DNA of 64,000 nt from Polyangiaceae bacterium (GCA_965222375.1 CBDCTZ010000014.1:224001-288000); one strand, 5' to 3'; positions 39,271 through 50,156 are shown, numbered from the stretch's first letter. Made by a program: numbers and translations. The notes: generated from the sequence alone by a model not told the origin.

Positions 39271-39343
39271 ATGCACAAAGGTACACGACTACTTGCTGCG
39301 GGCCAGCGCTTCCTGCGGGGAGCTGCATTGCAGGTTCAAATCC

Positions 39344-40180
39344 CTAGGGGATCCGAACCTGCCGTGCCAAGAACCTCAGCTGGCCAGCGCTGACGAACCC
39401 CTCGATGCTGCCCCACTCCACACGGTGCAGAGTGCCACGCTGCTCATGGACGTAGACACTTTCCCCCTCCGGGATGGCGCTCGGTGTCCTGCCTTTGGCC
39501 GGTAGGGGGCGGCCTGCCTCGTCCAGCAAACGTGCTTCTGGCACCACGACCACAGCGGGTTTCGCCGCGGCGTGCATGCGCGCAGCAAAGAACGCTGCTG
39601 ATGCGCAGAGGCAGAAAACGGCGCTACCAATTCCAGCAATGATGTTGCCCGCGAGTTTGGCGCGCCGGGCTGATACGGCAAAGCGCACCGCGAGCCCGCC
39701 ACTGAGTAGCGCCGAACCAACTACGGCCAGCACTGCCCACCAGCTTTCGGGCAGCACGCCGAGCACGGCTCGCGATAGGGCGGGACGCGCCCGCACGGGC
39801 TCGCCGCCGCTGCGTGCCCGTCGTCGCGCGATCTCTTGGCGAACCAAGACGAGGGCTTGCTCCGCCTCGGCGTCGTCGGGGTCGAGTTGCACGCTTTCGG
39901 CCAAGGCCGCTGCCGCTCGGCCCAAATCCCCGGGCCGGGCGCTGGACGAGCGCGCGCGAGCAACGTAGGCCAGGGCACGGTTGTAGCTCGCGTCGGGGTG
40001 ACTCATTCCGCGATCAGCCATCAGTTCGAAGCGATCGATGGCATCGTCGTGAGCGCCCCGCTCCAAAGCAGCTAGCGCTTCCGCGAACGCGCGCTGGGTC
40101 TCGTCCTGCGTCCCCAGAGCTGGGGCTGCTAGCAGAGCCGCGATGAAGCCCACCAGGGCGCCAAAGGCAGCGTGCTTCAT
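39344..40180 (-). CDS. BatE-like TPR + SH3 membrane protein
   Basis: Signal peptide, TPR (YNRALAY), 2 TM helices, C-terminal SH3-like domain. Last gene of the bat operon. Confidence 0.75.
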   Translation of the reverse strand: MKHAAFGALVGFIAALLAAPALGTQDETQRAFAEALAALERGAHDDAIDRFELMADRGMSHPDASYNRALAYVARARSSSARPGDLGRAAAALAESVQLDPDDAEAEQALVLVRQEIARRRARSGGEPVRARPALSRAVLGVLPESWWAVLAVVGSALLSGGLAVRFAVSARRAKLAGNIIAGIGSAVFCLCASAAFFAARMHAAAKPAVVVVPEARLLDEAGRPLPAKGRTPSAIPEGESVYVHEQRGTLHRVEWGSIEGFVSAGQLRFLARQVRIP

Positions 40181-42069
40181 GCCTCACTCCGATGCGGAGC
40201 ACGGCGCAGGAGTTCGTTTATAAGCTTCCGGGACTCGGCGTAGAGTTCGCTTTCCGCGGACTTGTCGCTGAAGCGCGCATCGTCGCATGCCGCGAGTAGC
40301 TTTTCAGTTCTTGCTACGAGCCCTTCGCCCAACCCGCGGGCGCTCAGCTCCGAGGCCAGCTCGGACTTGAGTACGGCGCGGGCGCGGATCCCCGTCGCGT
40401 GTTCGAGCGCCAAGAACAGTGCGCTTTCGACTCTGGTTGCGGTCGTGGCCGGGTCGCCGTCCTTTTGTGCATGCCGCGCCTCGGCCAGCGCGACCTTCGC
40501 GAGCTTGGCAGGGCTTTCCGCAGTCGCTTTGGAGCGGCGGCGAAGAGCCTGAACCCCCCGGGTTGCGCCATAGGCGGACACGACCAGTAGAGGCGCGAGC
40601 AGCAGGCCTGGAAAGAACCACCGCCCTCGGCTGAGAGGTGCTGATGCGCCGGGCTGAGCCCCCAGGCTCTTGCGCGGTGAACCTAGCGTTGCAAGGGGAT
40701 CGCTCTTCGGTGATGGTTGGTCCTTGGGACTCGTCGTGCCAGGACCCACGCTCACGCGGCCCAAGTTGGCGCTAGCGATTTTGTACTGCCCGCGCTCCGG
40801 ATCCCAAAACGGAATGGTCAGGTCGCCCAGTTCGACGTTCCCGGGGGCGTCGATGCGAACCACATAGCTGAACTTGCGGTAGCCCCCGATCCTCAAGCCC
40901 CGCGGCTCCACCTTGTCCAACACGTTTGGTTCGAGCCACTCGACTTGATGCTGCTGTGGGACCTTGAGGGAAAAGGGCACGTTGCCGGTGCCTTCGAGCT
41001 TCGCCACAACGCTGACGGCCTCGCCTGCGGCGATCTTCCTCGGAGTCACCTTGGCGGTCAGGGTGTAGCTCCCGACATCCCCAAGCTTGTAGCCTGCAGG
41101 GCGGCCTTTCAGCGGCGGCTCGTCGACCTGAAGTTCGATGGCGTTGCTGTAGCGAACCAGTCCACGGTGCGGGCCATCGGATGGATAGCCTCGACCCTCG
41201 AACCCCATTCGCATCGCGCCAATCGCAAGCTTGCCTGCACGAATCGGAAACAAAGCGAGTTCGCGCACCTTCTTGGCGTGCCATACAGATTGGGCAACGG
41301 GTACTCGGTACATCGGTTCCGAGTACGAATTCTCTAGCAAGGTGTACGCCAGGAAGGCCTCTCGACTGGGCTCGGCAGTGTGGGTTTCGCGGAAGGGGCC
41401 GCGCTTGCCGTAGGCGTACACAGTGAGGGTGACCTGCTGGCCCACCACGGCCCGTCGAGGCGTGACTTCGGCGTGCACGAACGCCATCTTGTCTGCGGCT
41501 CGGTCCAGTCGATATTCACTGGGATAGGGAGGCAAGAGCGAAATCTCGTCCTCGTCCTCCTCGTCGTCGGGGGCCGCGCCGCCAAGGCCCGGCAACTTGG
41601 GCATGCCCGGGAACGAGAATGGGTCGAAGGGATCGAAGGGTTTCGGTGACGGTCCCATGCGAGTGGGGCGCACGCTGACCCTGACCGTGCGTGTCAGCTT
41701 GACCTTGCCGTCGATGACTACGCTCCCCGGGCCGATGGTGTAGGTGCCGGCCTTGGTTGCCTTTAGGGTCCAGGTGGCTCCGATGCCGAGTCGCGCAACG
41801 ACCTTTCCGTTCACGATGTTGACGCGGGTCTGGGCCGAGATGTCCGGCCCGCGCAAAACCATGCCCCGAGGGCCTCTTAGTTTGGGCGCGCTCGGCAATC
41901 GAGACCCGCGGTCGACGAGCGCGATCAGCTGCACCTGAAACGTTTCTCCGATGTGCGGACGCTTGTTCGAGACTTGCAGCGTCGCGGTCCCCGGTTTGGC
42001 AACAACCGTAGCCGCCGAGAGCGCGATCGCGCAGCATGTGGCTGCGGCGCAAGGCAGCCTCGAGCTCAC
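40177..42069 (-). CDS. batD: BatD family protein
   Basis: Ig-like repeats, VGQQVTL, GDVGSY, GTGN and PFWDP motifs, C-terminal TM helix, operon context. Confidence 0.85.
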   Translation of the reverse strand: MSSRLPCAAATCCAIALSAATVVAKPGTATLQVSNKRPHIGETFQVQLIALVDRGSRLPSAPKLRGPRGMVLRGPDISAQTRVNIVNGKVVARLGIGATWTLKATKAGTYTIGPGSVVIDGKVKLTRTVRVSVRPTRMGPSPKPFDPFDPFSFPGMPKLPGLGGAAPDDEEDEDEISLLPPYPSEYRLDRAADKMAFVHAEVTPRRAVVGQQVTLTVYAYGKRGPFRETHTAEPSREAFLAYTLLENSYSEPMYRVPVAQSVWHAKKVRELALFPIRAGKLAIGAMRMGFEGRGYPSDGPHRGLVRYSNAIELQVDEPPLKGRPAGYKLGDVGSYTLTAKVTPRKIAAGEAVSVVAKLEGTGNVPFSLKVPQQHQVEWLEPNVLDKVEPRGLRIGGYRKFSYVVRIDAPGNVELGDLTIPFWDPERGQYKIASANLGRVSVGPGTTSPKDQPSPKSDPLATLGSPRKSLGAQPGASAPLSRGRWFFPGLLLAPLLVVSAYGATRGVQALRRRSKATAESPAKLAKVALAEARHAQKDGDPATTATRVESALFLALEHATGIRARAVLKSELASELSARGLGEGLVARTEKLLAACDDARFSDKSAESELYAESRKLINELLRRAPHRSEA

Positions 42070-44105
42070 TTGTCCTCCATGCCGCGGCTCGAGCCCTGAC
42101 GCAGAGCGCGGTTCTTTGCAGCTTCCTGTTGAAGCGTCGGTGCCCGCTCGAGCATGTCGAGCATACGCTCGTCCTGATTCACGCTCGGCTGTGGTGGAGG
42201 CTCTCCACCTGAGCCGCCGCCATCCGGGGGGCCGGAGTTGCCGCCGTTGCCGGCGTCGCTTCCGGCATCTCCTTGGTCCTGATTGGAACCGTCATCGCCT
42301 GCATCCGAGCCGCTGTCGCCTTGCCCGTCCGGATCCGAGCTGTCATTGTCGCTGTCAGCAGCGTCGTTGGAGTCGGGTTGGGAGTCCGGGTTCTGGTCCT
42401 GGCTTGCGTCGCGCTCGTTCTCCTCGTCCTCGGCTCGACGCAGCGCGATAGCACGATTCCACGCGGCGTCCCGGCCGATGCCGTCGCCGGCGTCATTGGA
42501 CAAGCCGGGGATCAGAGCCAAGGCCCGATCGTAGTGCTCGACCGCGGCGCGGTAGCTCTTTCGCAGAAACTCCAGGTTGCCGGCCAGGTAGTGCGCTCGA
42601 GTGCGCAGTTCGATGGGTTGCGTGCGGTCTGTCGCCACGGCCAGCGCGATGCGCAGTGCACAATCCACCTCGGCACCTCGCGCGGCCAGGGCCGCCTCTT
42701 CTTCACGCGAAAGGGTGTCCTTGGAATCGTCGTCGTCCTCGCCGAAGCGCTCGCCAAATCCCTCAGCGACCTCGAATAGCGCCAGCCCCAGATCGAAGCC
42801 GGCGTTGGATTTCTTCTTCACGCTCCTTGGGGTGCCGATGCTGCCGCTTTCGCATGGCCCGGTGCCCAGGTAGCGTGAAAGCAGACCGACGGCGGCGTTC
42901 GCATCGCCCCCGTCCATGTAGGAGATGGCTTCGTCCACCTCGGGCGCGTTGCGAGTGAACACACGATCCACGGTTTCGCAAGCGACTCCGCTGAGTAGCA
43001 AAGAGAGCATCAGCCCGAGGGCTGCTGCGTGCCGCTGCTTGCGGCGAAGTCGGCGACGGGGCGGGGGCGGCGGCAGCTGTGGACGGGGTTTGTGTCGTGG
43101 CGCGTCGCCAACGAAGGTCTCCAGGAGCGCCAGCAAAACTGCGAGGGCAAGCGGGTAGGCGTAGATATCGGCGTAGACCGTCTCCACCTTTTCGCTGAGT
43201 TCCTCCGTCATCAGCTTGCGCATTCGTGCCGCCACGCGACGGATACCCGTGCCGCCCCGTTCGCTTTGCACGATGTAGCCACCACTCACGGACGCAACCT
43301 TCGCTAGCTGAGCTTCGCCGTCCGCCGTCAACTGGGTGGTGAGGGGCTTGCCATCGTCGTCCGTGCGCATGCCGATCACTTCCCCGCCTTCATCCACTTC
43401 GGGGATGGGCTCGGGGGTCCGGCCACCAATCTGCACCACATTGATACTCGTGCCCTCATTCGCCGCCGCCTGAGCCACGGATACGGGGTCACCCTCGAGG
43501 TCCTCGCCATCCGTGACCAGCACGATCACGCGCTTGTGCTTCTTGGAAAGCGGATCCCGGGCCAACAGCTCGCGGGCGGCCTCGAGGGCGCGGGCGATCG
43601 CCGTGCCGCCAACAGGCAGGTCGTTCGGACTGAGTTGACGGAAGAACTGGGCAATCGCAGCTCCGTCGCTCGTGAGCGGGAAGGCAAGAGGTTCGCCCGC
43701 GAAGGCGACGGCGCCGACTCGGGCTCCCGGCAGATCCGCGATCAAGCGGCCAACTTCGTTTTTGGCTCGTGCGATTCGAGAAGGCGCAACATCTTGCGCG
43801 TACATGCTCTTGGAGTAGTCGAGCACGATCACGACATCGAGGTTGGTTGCAGGGATCAGTCGCGTTCCCCGGCCGTACTGCGGGCCTGCCATGGCCAAGA
43901 ATGCAAACACCGTCGAGAGCACCACCATGACGCCCTTGAAGGCTCGCCGGCCACCGGCCTTGGTCGTTACGAGCGCTTCGACGCGCTGCTCATCGCCGAA
44001 GCGCCGAACAGCCCGCACAAGCAGCACACCACCGAAGATCAGGAGTCCGGCGACCGCCAATGCCAGCGCGACTCCCAGCAGCCACCAGGGTTCCGATAGC
44101 TTCAT
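42066..44105 (-). CDS. VWA (BatB-like) fused to TPR (BatC-like) protein
   Basis: MIDAS DYSKSM, PLTSD and TDGEDLEG; TPR region, acidic linker and QDERMLDML tail. Confidence 0.85.
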   Translation of the reverse strand: MKLSEPWWLLGVALALAVAGLLIFGGVLLVRAVRRFGDEQRVEALVTTKAGGRRAFKGVMVVLSTVFAFLAMAGPQYGRGTRLIPATNLDVVIVLDYSKSMYAQDVAPSRIARAKNEVGRLIADLPGARVGAVAFAGEPLAFPLTSDGAAIAQFFRQLSPNDLPVGGTAIARALEAARELLARDPLSKKHKRVIVLVTDGEDLEGDPVSVAQAAANEGTSINVVQIGGRTPEPIPEVDEGGEVIGMRTDDDGKPLTTQLTADGEAQLAKVASVSGGYIVQSERGGTGIRRVAARMRKLMTEELSEKVETVYADIYAYPLALAVLLALLETFVGDAPRHKPRPQLPPPPPRRRLRRKQRHAAALGLMLSLLLSGVACETVDRVFTRNAPEVDEAISYMDGGDANAAVGLLSRYLGTGPCESGSIGTPRSVKKKSNAGFDLGLALFEVAEGFGERFGEDDDDSKDTLSREEEAALAARGAEVDCALRIALAVATDRTQPIELRTRAHYLAGNLEFLRKSYRAAVEHYDRALALIPGLSNDAGDGIGRDAAWNRAIALRRAEDEENERDASQDQNPDSQPDSNDAADSDNDSSDPDGQGDSGSDAGDDGSNQDQGDAGSDAGNGGNSGPPDGGGSGGEPPPQPSVNQDERMLDMLERAPTLQQEAAKNRALRQGSSRGMEDK

Positions 44106-45265
44106 GGGAACCTCCTGAGTATGAGAGCCCGAAGCAGCGCGTCCAGGGCCAGCAGCAATACAGCAGGCAAGAGGAAGAAACGGTACAGGTCCTCAAAGCT
44201 GGCCGTGCCAGCCTCGAAGCGTGTCTTCTCCAGGGTGTCCAGAACGTCGTGGAAGCTGGCCTGGAGCGCTTTCGCGTCCGTGGCCACGTAGCTTTCGCCC
44301 CCGGTCTGGGTTGCGAGCTTTTCCAACAGTTCGGGGTTCGCGGGAAACGGCACCGACACATACCTAGGTTGGCCGAACAGATCGAATCCGTCCTGCACCT
44401 CGGCAATCTCACCATCGCCAATCTGGATCGTGAACAGCTTCGTGCCCACGACGTTGGCCAAGTGCGCTGCGTATTCCGGCGAGATGGCGCCGGAGTTGTT
44501 GTCGCCGTCCGTCAGCAAGATGACTGCCTTGCTGGCCGCAGTGCTGCGTCGAAGGCGCGCCACCGCTACGCCCGACGCATCGCCAATTGCGGTTGCGCTC
44601 CCGTCGATCAACTTCAACTCCATGCGAGAGACGAGAGCATCGAGCAGGTGGTAGTCGAGGGTAGGAGGTGAAAGCACGTAGGCCTCTTTGCCAAAAACCA
44701 CGACGCCGATTCGATCCGTCTTGCGGCGCGAAATGAAGTCACGAATAACGGCCTTGGCGGCGTCTAGGCGGGTTGGGCGAATGCGGGTGTCTCTGCGGGT
44801 CACGTACTTGCCCAAATCCTTTGGCAAGTTGTCGATGACCGCTTGCATGCTCCCGGAGAGGTCCAGCACCAGCACGATGTCGATGCCGCGCTCGTCGGCA
44901 GTCTGCGGGCGCAGCGTGTTGATAGGTCGCGCCAGGGCCAGTATGGCCAAGCCCAGGCCGACGGCGCGCAATATCCCGGGCACGTCGCGAAGCCAAACGC
45001 GCGCCCCGACCGGCCCCCGCAGGAAGGGCGCCGTAGTTCCGAGCTTCATCCGTGGCGTGCGCTGGTCTTCGCCGAGGGTTGCGCGCCAAAACACAACGGG
45101 CACCAAGAGCAGCAGCAGCAGCGCGTAGGGATGACGCCAGGACGCAGACAAGAGCTCATCGCCCCGAGCCAAAGCCGGGTACAGGAGCGCGACGCCCAGG
45201 GCTACCACGGTGCCGAGGGTCAGAACCCCGGCGCGGGTGAGAGTCCGTCGTGTCCCGGGCTTCAT
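44102..45265 (-). CDS. batA: BatA-like VWA domain protein
   Basis: LALARP, DLSGSM, DRIGVVVFG, PPTLD, TAIGD and LLTDGDNNSG. Confidence 0.85.
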   Translation of the reverse strand: MKPGTRRTLTRAGVLTLGTVVALGVALLYPALARGDELLSASWRHPYALLLLLLVPVVFWRATLGEDQRTPRMKLGTTAPFLRGPVGARVWLRDVPGILRAVGLGLAILALARPINTLRPQTADERGIDIVLVLDLSGSMQAVIDNLPKDLGKYVTRRDTRIRPTRLDAAKAVIRDFISRRKTDRIGVVVFGKEAYVLSPPTLDYHLLDALVSRMELKLIDGSATAIGDASGVAVARLRRSTAASKAVILLTDGDNNSGAISPEYAAHLANVVGTKLFTIQIGDGEIAEVQDGFDLFGQPRYVSVPFPANPELLEKLATQTGGESYVATDAKALQASFHDVLDTLEKTRFEAGTASFEDLYRFFLLPAVLLLALDALLRALILRRFP

Positions 45266-46443
45266 GGCGCGCCTCGCGGGGGTTCTTGCGGGCTGCGGGT
45301 CGGCAGGGGCGGAGGAATCGTGCGCTCGATGATCGTCCGGGCCCGTGCCAAGGCCTCGTTGCATTCGTCAGCATCCGGGGTCAGCCGTGCGAACTTCACG
45401 AGATCTGCGCGGCGCAAGGACTTCTCGATGTCATCGAGGGCTGCGATTGGAGGGATGACTCGACGCAGGATCGCGAGCATTTCTCGAGTCGTGGACTCGA
45501 GCCCATCGAATCCATAGCGATCCCCACAGTACTGTCGCAAGATCGTCGTCACTTGTTCGAAATGTTCGACTAGGCGCTCGCGCTCGACCAGTTCTTGGCG
45601 TTGCAGATCCGCCAGCGCTTCCAGCCCCACTTCCCAAGGGGGACGCGGCGGAGGAGGTGGGGGCCCCTTCTTTTCTCGCTTCAAGAACCGCCCGAGCAGC
45701 AGCGCGACCAGGAGCGCGATGATGGCCGCGGTCAAGGCGCCAAGGGCCACGTTCTTTGCGGTGGTCCAAACCTCTTCTTGGCGGCGGGGAGGGGGATTGT
45801 GCTTGGGCTCGGGCTCCGGCGTGTTGGCGATAGGGTCTTCGACGACGATCTCGTGAGGCTGGGTGCAGACTGTCAGGACTTCGCCACTGGCGCGTTGGAC
45901 CGCGATCGGCAGTGGCGGGAGGGTCAACTCGTTTCTGCCGGGCTTCTTCGGCAGCGCGACCATCGACAGTTCGAGAGTGGTCTCGCTGCCGGTGGCAACC
46001 TCCTTGGTTGTGAGCACTGGGCCAGCACCACCGTCGGGGTGGGGGAGGATAAACTCGGAGCGCTCTAGGGCCCGCGCTTCGTCGGTCCCGGCGCGCATCC
46101 GAAGCCCCCCGGGTAGAACGGTCTCGCCCCGGCCGTGTTTGACCACCACCTTCAGCGGCAGGGCGTAGCCACTCAGTCCCTTCTTGGGAAATGTTTCGCT
46201 CAGGCTCGGGCGCTCCTTGCCTGGAGGCACGTGCTCGATACAGGTGGCGCTCTTGACGTTCGTGGGGCCCGAGTCGGCCTTCGCACCGGGGGGGGCCGGT
46301 GCTGAAGCATCCGGCGTGGCTGCATCTTGCCCAGCGCTTCGTGTGGCTGCGCCTTGCCCCGTGCCCTGTGCGGCCGCCGAAGACGCGACCAGGAGCCCCA
46401 GCGCGCAGCTCGCGCAGCTCAGGAGGGTGACCCCGTGCCTCAC
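45262..46443 (-). CDS. Bat-operon membrane protein
   Basis: Signal peptide, Ig-like domain, TM helix, LESTTREM and ADLVKFA motifs. Confidence 0.75.
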   Translation of the reverse strand: MRHGVTLLSCASCALGLLVASSAAAQGTGQGAATRSAGQDAATPDASAPAPPGAKADSGPTNVKSATCIEHVPPGKERPSLSETFPKKGLSGYALPLKVVVKHGRGETVLPGGLRMRAGTDEARALERSEFILPHPDGGAGPVLTTKEVATGSETTLELSMVALPKKPGRNELTLPPLPIAVQRASGEVLTVCTQPHEIVVEDPIANTPEPEPKHNPPPRRQEEVWTTAKNVALGALTAAIIALLVALLLGRFLKREKKGPPPPPPRPPWEVGLEALADLQRQELVERERLVEHFEQVTTILRQYCGDRYGFDGLESTTREMLAILRRVIPPIAALDDIEKSLRRADLVKFARLTPDADECNEALARARTIIERTIPPPLPTRSPQEPPRGAP

Positions 46444-47321
46444 CGCCGAGCCCTCCGTGCGCGCCGCGCAAACAGGTCTCTAAGCGGGCGCACATAGGAG
46501 CGATCTGTGCGAATCACGACATGGTCTAGACCGAGCTTGCGAAACAGCTGGATCTGATACTTCCGGTGGTCGCGCATTTGTCGGGCGTACCAAGCGCGCA
46601 CTCTGGGGCTACCCGTGTCCACGACGACGTGCTCGCCCGTCTCCAGGTCTTCGAATTGACACAGGCCGACATCGGGCAGCTCTTCGTCCCGGGGATCCAA
46701 GAGCAGACAAGGAATGATGTCGTGACGAGCGGATGCAAGAGCTAACGCACGTTCGTAGCCGCCCGCAAAGAAGTCTGACAGCAGGAATGCCACGCTTCGC
46801 CGGTGTGCAACGTTGTACAGGGTTTCCAGGGCCACGCTCAGATCCGTGCCCGTGCGCTCGGGCTCGGCACCCAGTATCTCGCGCACCACCCGCATCACGT
46901 GCTTCTGCCCCTTCTTGGGCGGCACAATTTGTTCCACCTGATCCGTCGTCAGGATGAGCCCAACGCGATCATTGTGCTTGATGGCCGAGAACGCGCACAA
47001 CGCGGCAACCTCCGCAGCCACTCGCGCTTTGCTCGCCCGCCGCGTTCCAAACTGCTCGCTGGCGGAGAGGTCCACCACCAGCATCACCGTCATCTCACGC
47101 TCTTCGACGAATACCTTGACGTAGGCTTCGTTCATTCGGGCGCTGACGTTCCAATCAATCGTGCGAACGTCATCTCCGGGTTGGTACTGGCGTACTTCCC
47201 GGAAGGCCAAGCCGCGCCCTTTGAAGACCGAGGTGTAGTTCCCGGATAGCTGCTCCGTTGCCAGACGGTTTGTCGTGATCTCGATCTTGCGCAGGGCTTT
47301 GAGGAGCTCCTTGGGAATCAC
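46440..47321 (-). CDS. DUF58 VWA-like protein
   Basis: REVRQYQPGDDVRTIDWNVSAR, DLSAS and SDF motifs. Confidence 0.93.
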   Translation of the reverse strand: MIPKELLKALRKIEITTNRLATEQLSGNYTSVFKGRGLAFREVRQYQPGDDVRTIDWNVSARMNEAYVKVFVEEREMTVMLVVDLSASEQFGTRRASKARVAAEVAALCAFSAIKHNDRVGLILTTDQVEQIVPPKKGQKHVMRVVREILGAEPERTGTDLSVALETLYNVAHRRSVAFLLSDFFAGGYERALALASARHDIIPCLLLDPRDEELPDVGLCQFEDLETGEHVVVDTGSPRVRAWYARQMRDHRKYQIQLFRKLGLDHVVIRTDRSYVRPLRDLFARRARRARR

Positions 47322-47352
47322 GTTGGGCCTCAGATTTGTCGCGCAAATGCGA

Positions 47353-48339
47353 TCACGGAACTTCGACCACCTCGAACACCTTGCGCACGATGTCCTCGGC
47401 CGTCACTTCTTCAGCCTCTGCTTCGTAGGAGAGCACCATGCGATGCCGGAGAACGTCGGGCCCAACCGCCTTCACGTCTTCTGGAGTGACATAGCCGCGG
47501 TGACGCAAGAACGCGTGAGCTCGCGCCGCCAGGTTCAATGCGATGCTGGCGCGTGGGCTCGCGCCGAATTCGATCAGTGGCCCGAGGTCCTTGAGCCCGC
47601 GCTGGCCTGGCTCGCGTGTAGAGAAGACCACATCCACGATGTAGTCCTTCACCCGGTCGTCCATGTAGACCTCTCGGACGACTTGACGCGCCTTGGCCAG
47701 ATCCTCAGGACGCGTAACAGACTTGGCCTGGGCTTGAACTACACCGGTCATGCGATCCATGACCGCCCGTTCTTCATCCCGGGAGGGGTAGCCCACTTTC
47801 ACCATGAGCATGAAGCGGTCGACCTGGGCCTCGGGCAGGGGGTAAGTTCCCTCTTGCTCGATGGGATTCTGGGTTGCCATTACTACGAAGGGGTCTGGCA
47901 GCTCATAGGTCTTGTCGCCGATGGTGACTTGTCGCTCTTGCATCGCCTCGAGCAAGGCACTCTGCACCTTCGCCGGAGCTCGGTTGATCTCGTCAGCCAG
48001 CACCAGGTTCGCGAAGATGGGGCCGAGCTTGCTGGTGAATTCCGCTGTCTTCTGGTTGTAGATGACCGTGCCGACGAGGTCCGCAGGGAGCAGGTCCGGC
48101 GTGAACTGCACGCGAGCGAAGCTGGCGTGAATGGCATCACAAACCGTGCGCACCGTCAGCGTCTTGGCCAGCCCGGGCACGCCCTCGAGCAGGACATGAC
48201 CTCCGGCGAGCAAGCCGACCAATATTCGGTCGATCATGTAACTCTGACCGACGATGACCTTGCCCACCTCGGCCAGCAGGTCGTCAATGAAGGCGCTTTC
48301 TTTCGCAACCAGTTCGTTCAATGCGCGGACGTCTTGCAT
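47353..48339 (-). CDS. moxR: MoxR family AAA+ ATPase
   Basis: EGVPGLAKT, RVQFTPDLLPAD, DEINRAPAKVQSALLE and NPIEQEGTYPLPEAQ. Confidence 0.96.
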   Translation of the reverse strand: MQDVRALNELVAKESAFIDDLLAEVGKVIVGQSYMIDRILVGLLAGGHVLLEGVPGLAKTLTVRTVCDAIHASFARVQFTPDLLPADLVGTVIYNQKTAEFTSKLGPIFANLVLADEINRAPAKVQSALLEAMQERQVTIGDKTYELPDPFVVMATQNPIEQEGTYPLPEAQVDRFMLMVKVGYPSRDEERAVMDRMTGVVQAQAKSVTRPEDLAKARQVVREVYMDDRVKDYIVDVVFSTREPGQRGLKDLGPLIEFGASPRASIALNLAARAHAFLRHRGYVTPEDVKAVGPDVLRHRMVLSYEAEAEEVTAEDIVRKVFEVVEVP

Positions 48340-48486
48340 GGGCTTTCCTCGTGTCGGCCGCCCTCGCGTATATCAGGGCTTTTGGCTCCGAGACCACCCC
48401 AGACGGCCCGCACGCGCTGAACAAACCATCGCCTATCCCCACGTATTCCCGCACTTTGCCCCCAAGCCGTGCTCAGGAGCAGCGGA

Positions 48487-49401
48487 TTATGGGCACTCGA
48501 GAGCGGCGCCTGCCGTGAGGTAACCGGCCACGACGGGCACTTTGCTCACGGTGGTTCCTGAGCCTGCGAAGGAGGCAATGACGAGGCGCTTGCAGGTCTT
48601 GGAAGAATGGCTGAGCGTCACTTCGACGGTCCCCGGGTTCACGTTCGCATACAGGCCAAAGCCCAGCGTATCTGTCGCTGTCAGGGTCGGGTCAGGCTGC
48701 ACCGGCGAAGTCTTGATATAGTGAGGACCGGTTCCCGAGTTCGGATTCATCGTGGCCGTTACGCCATCTTGGCCCGTCAGGTTCGAAGCGCCCGGTTGAA
48801 AGGCGCTGAACAGCACCTGCCCCTTGGATGGATCGATCGTTGTGCCCACTGCGGCTGCGAAGAGATTCGCCTCGGTGGTGGTGGGGTAATTGGCTACGCC
48901 AATGTCGGTCAGACCGGCTCCGGTCGTCACCGTGCGGAGCACGTTCAGGTATCCCGTTTTCTTGTACTCCAGCAAGACTTCCGAGTTGCCTGGGACTCCG
49001 GCCAAGCTGTAGTCGCCGTTCGAGTCCGTCATCACACAAGGCACACTGGGCATCTGGTAGACGCAGACTGAAAAGCCCGGAATGGGTGTGGTCGGATCGA
49101 GCAGGCCCGTCGCGCGGCCGGTCACGGTCACGGGTGGCCCCGCGTCGCCGCCCCCGCTGCCTGCAGAGCCCGCGGAGCCCGCGGAGCCCGCGCTGCCGCC
49201 AATGGCCCCGGTTCCGCCCAGGCCGGCGTCGCTGCCTCCCGTGGACAGGCCTCCCGTGCCGAAGCCCCCGGTTCCCGTCGCCCCGGTGCCCCCGGTTCCC
49301 GGCGTTCCGCCGGTGCCGACTCCGTCGTCATCCTCCTGTGCGCAAGAAACGCAGCTCACGAGTGCAACGACCGACAAAGCCCAAGTGGTTTTCTTCAACA
49401 T
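48487..49401 (-). CDS. Lipoprotein with a carboxypeptidase-regulatory-like beta-sandwich
   Basis: AGGAG RBS, lipobox CVSC, Gly linker, TDSNGDYSL...KTGY. Confidence 0.8.
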   Translation of the reverse strand: MLKKTTWALSVVALVSCVSCAQEDDDGVGTGGTPGTGGTGATGTGGFGTGGLSTGGSDAGLGGTGAIGGSAGSAGSAGSAGSGGGDAGPPVTVTGRATGLLDPTTPIPGFSVCVYQMPSVPCVMTDSNGDYSLAGVPGNSEVLLEYKKTGYLNVLRTVTTGAGLTDIGVANYPTTTEANLFAAAVGTTIDPSKGQVLFSAFQPGASNLTGQDGVTATMNPNSGTGPHYIKTSPVQPDPTLTATDTLGFGLYANVNPGTVEVTLSHSSKTCKRLVIASFAGSGTTVSKVPVVAGYLTAGAALECP

Positions 49402-49489
49402 TATGCTCCTGGTCTTTTCCATTCTCGCCCAGCCGTCAAGGTTGGCGCCAAAATGGCGGATTGCCGGCGGGTCCAGCGCCGAGCTGCTG

Positions 49490-50017
49490 TTAGCGCGCGC
49501 GGTCTCTCGGCACCAGGATCTTTCTGCTGGTCGCGCTGGTTTGGAGCGAACACTCCCCGCGGACGACCTGGCACGCGCCAGTTTCTGACACCAGGCGAAT
49601 CGTGAGTTCGTCACCTTCTGCGACGTGAAACCGAGCCCGCCGTGCGGTGCCGGTCCAATCCAGGTCCCACGGTCCGACTCGGAGTTCCAGCGGCTCCTCG
49701 AGGGTGCCCTCGTCACCAAGCTCGACGGCGTGGGTTCGTCGCGGATCCTTTCCAGCGATGCGGGAGTTGCGAATGGGGACCAAGCGCAGAGACGCACGCG
49801 CGCCGGCCGGTTCGGTTTCGGCCTTGCAGGTGATCGCTCCGTTCTTCGTACGCTTGGCGCATGCACGCACACGGGAGTGGGAGTGCTTCAACTTCAGGCT
49901 GCCCTGCGCCACCCCCTCGAGGGAACTGGGCGGGTCGGTCGGATTAGCGGCGCCCGGCTCGCCGGCGCCTGCAGCGAACCAAACCAATGCAAACCCAATC
50001 GGAACTTGCCGCAACAT
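49490..50017 (-). CDS. Hypothetical secreted protein
   Basis: Signal-like N-terminus and paired Cys; fills the gap between neighbouring genes. Confidence 0.55.
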   Translation of the reverse strand: MLRQVPIGFALVWFAAGAGEPGAANPTDPPSSLEGVAQGSLKLKHSHSRVRACAKRTKNGAITCKAETEPAGARASLRLVPIRNSRIAGKDPRRTHAVELGDEGTLEEPLELRVGPWDLDWTGTARRARFHVAEGDELTIRLVSETGACQVVRGECSLQTSATSRKILVPRDRAR

Positions 50018-50156
50018 TTTCGCACCTTCCCCCGATCCGCACGAGCAGGACTCGTGTTCGACGTATCACGATGTGCAGTTGTTCAAAGGATTGCCGGGCA
50101 CCTGGATGCTGCGCCCATGTCTCCAGTTTCACGGCGTCGATGGAGCGGGCTCGTCC

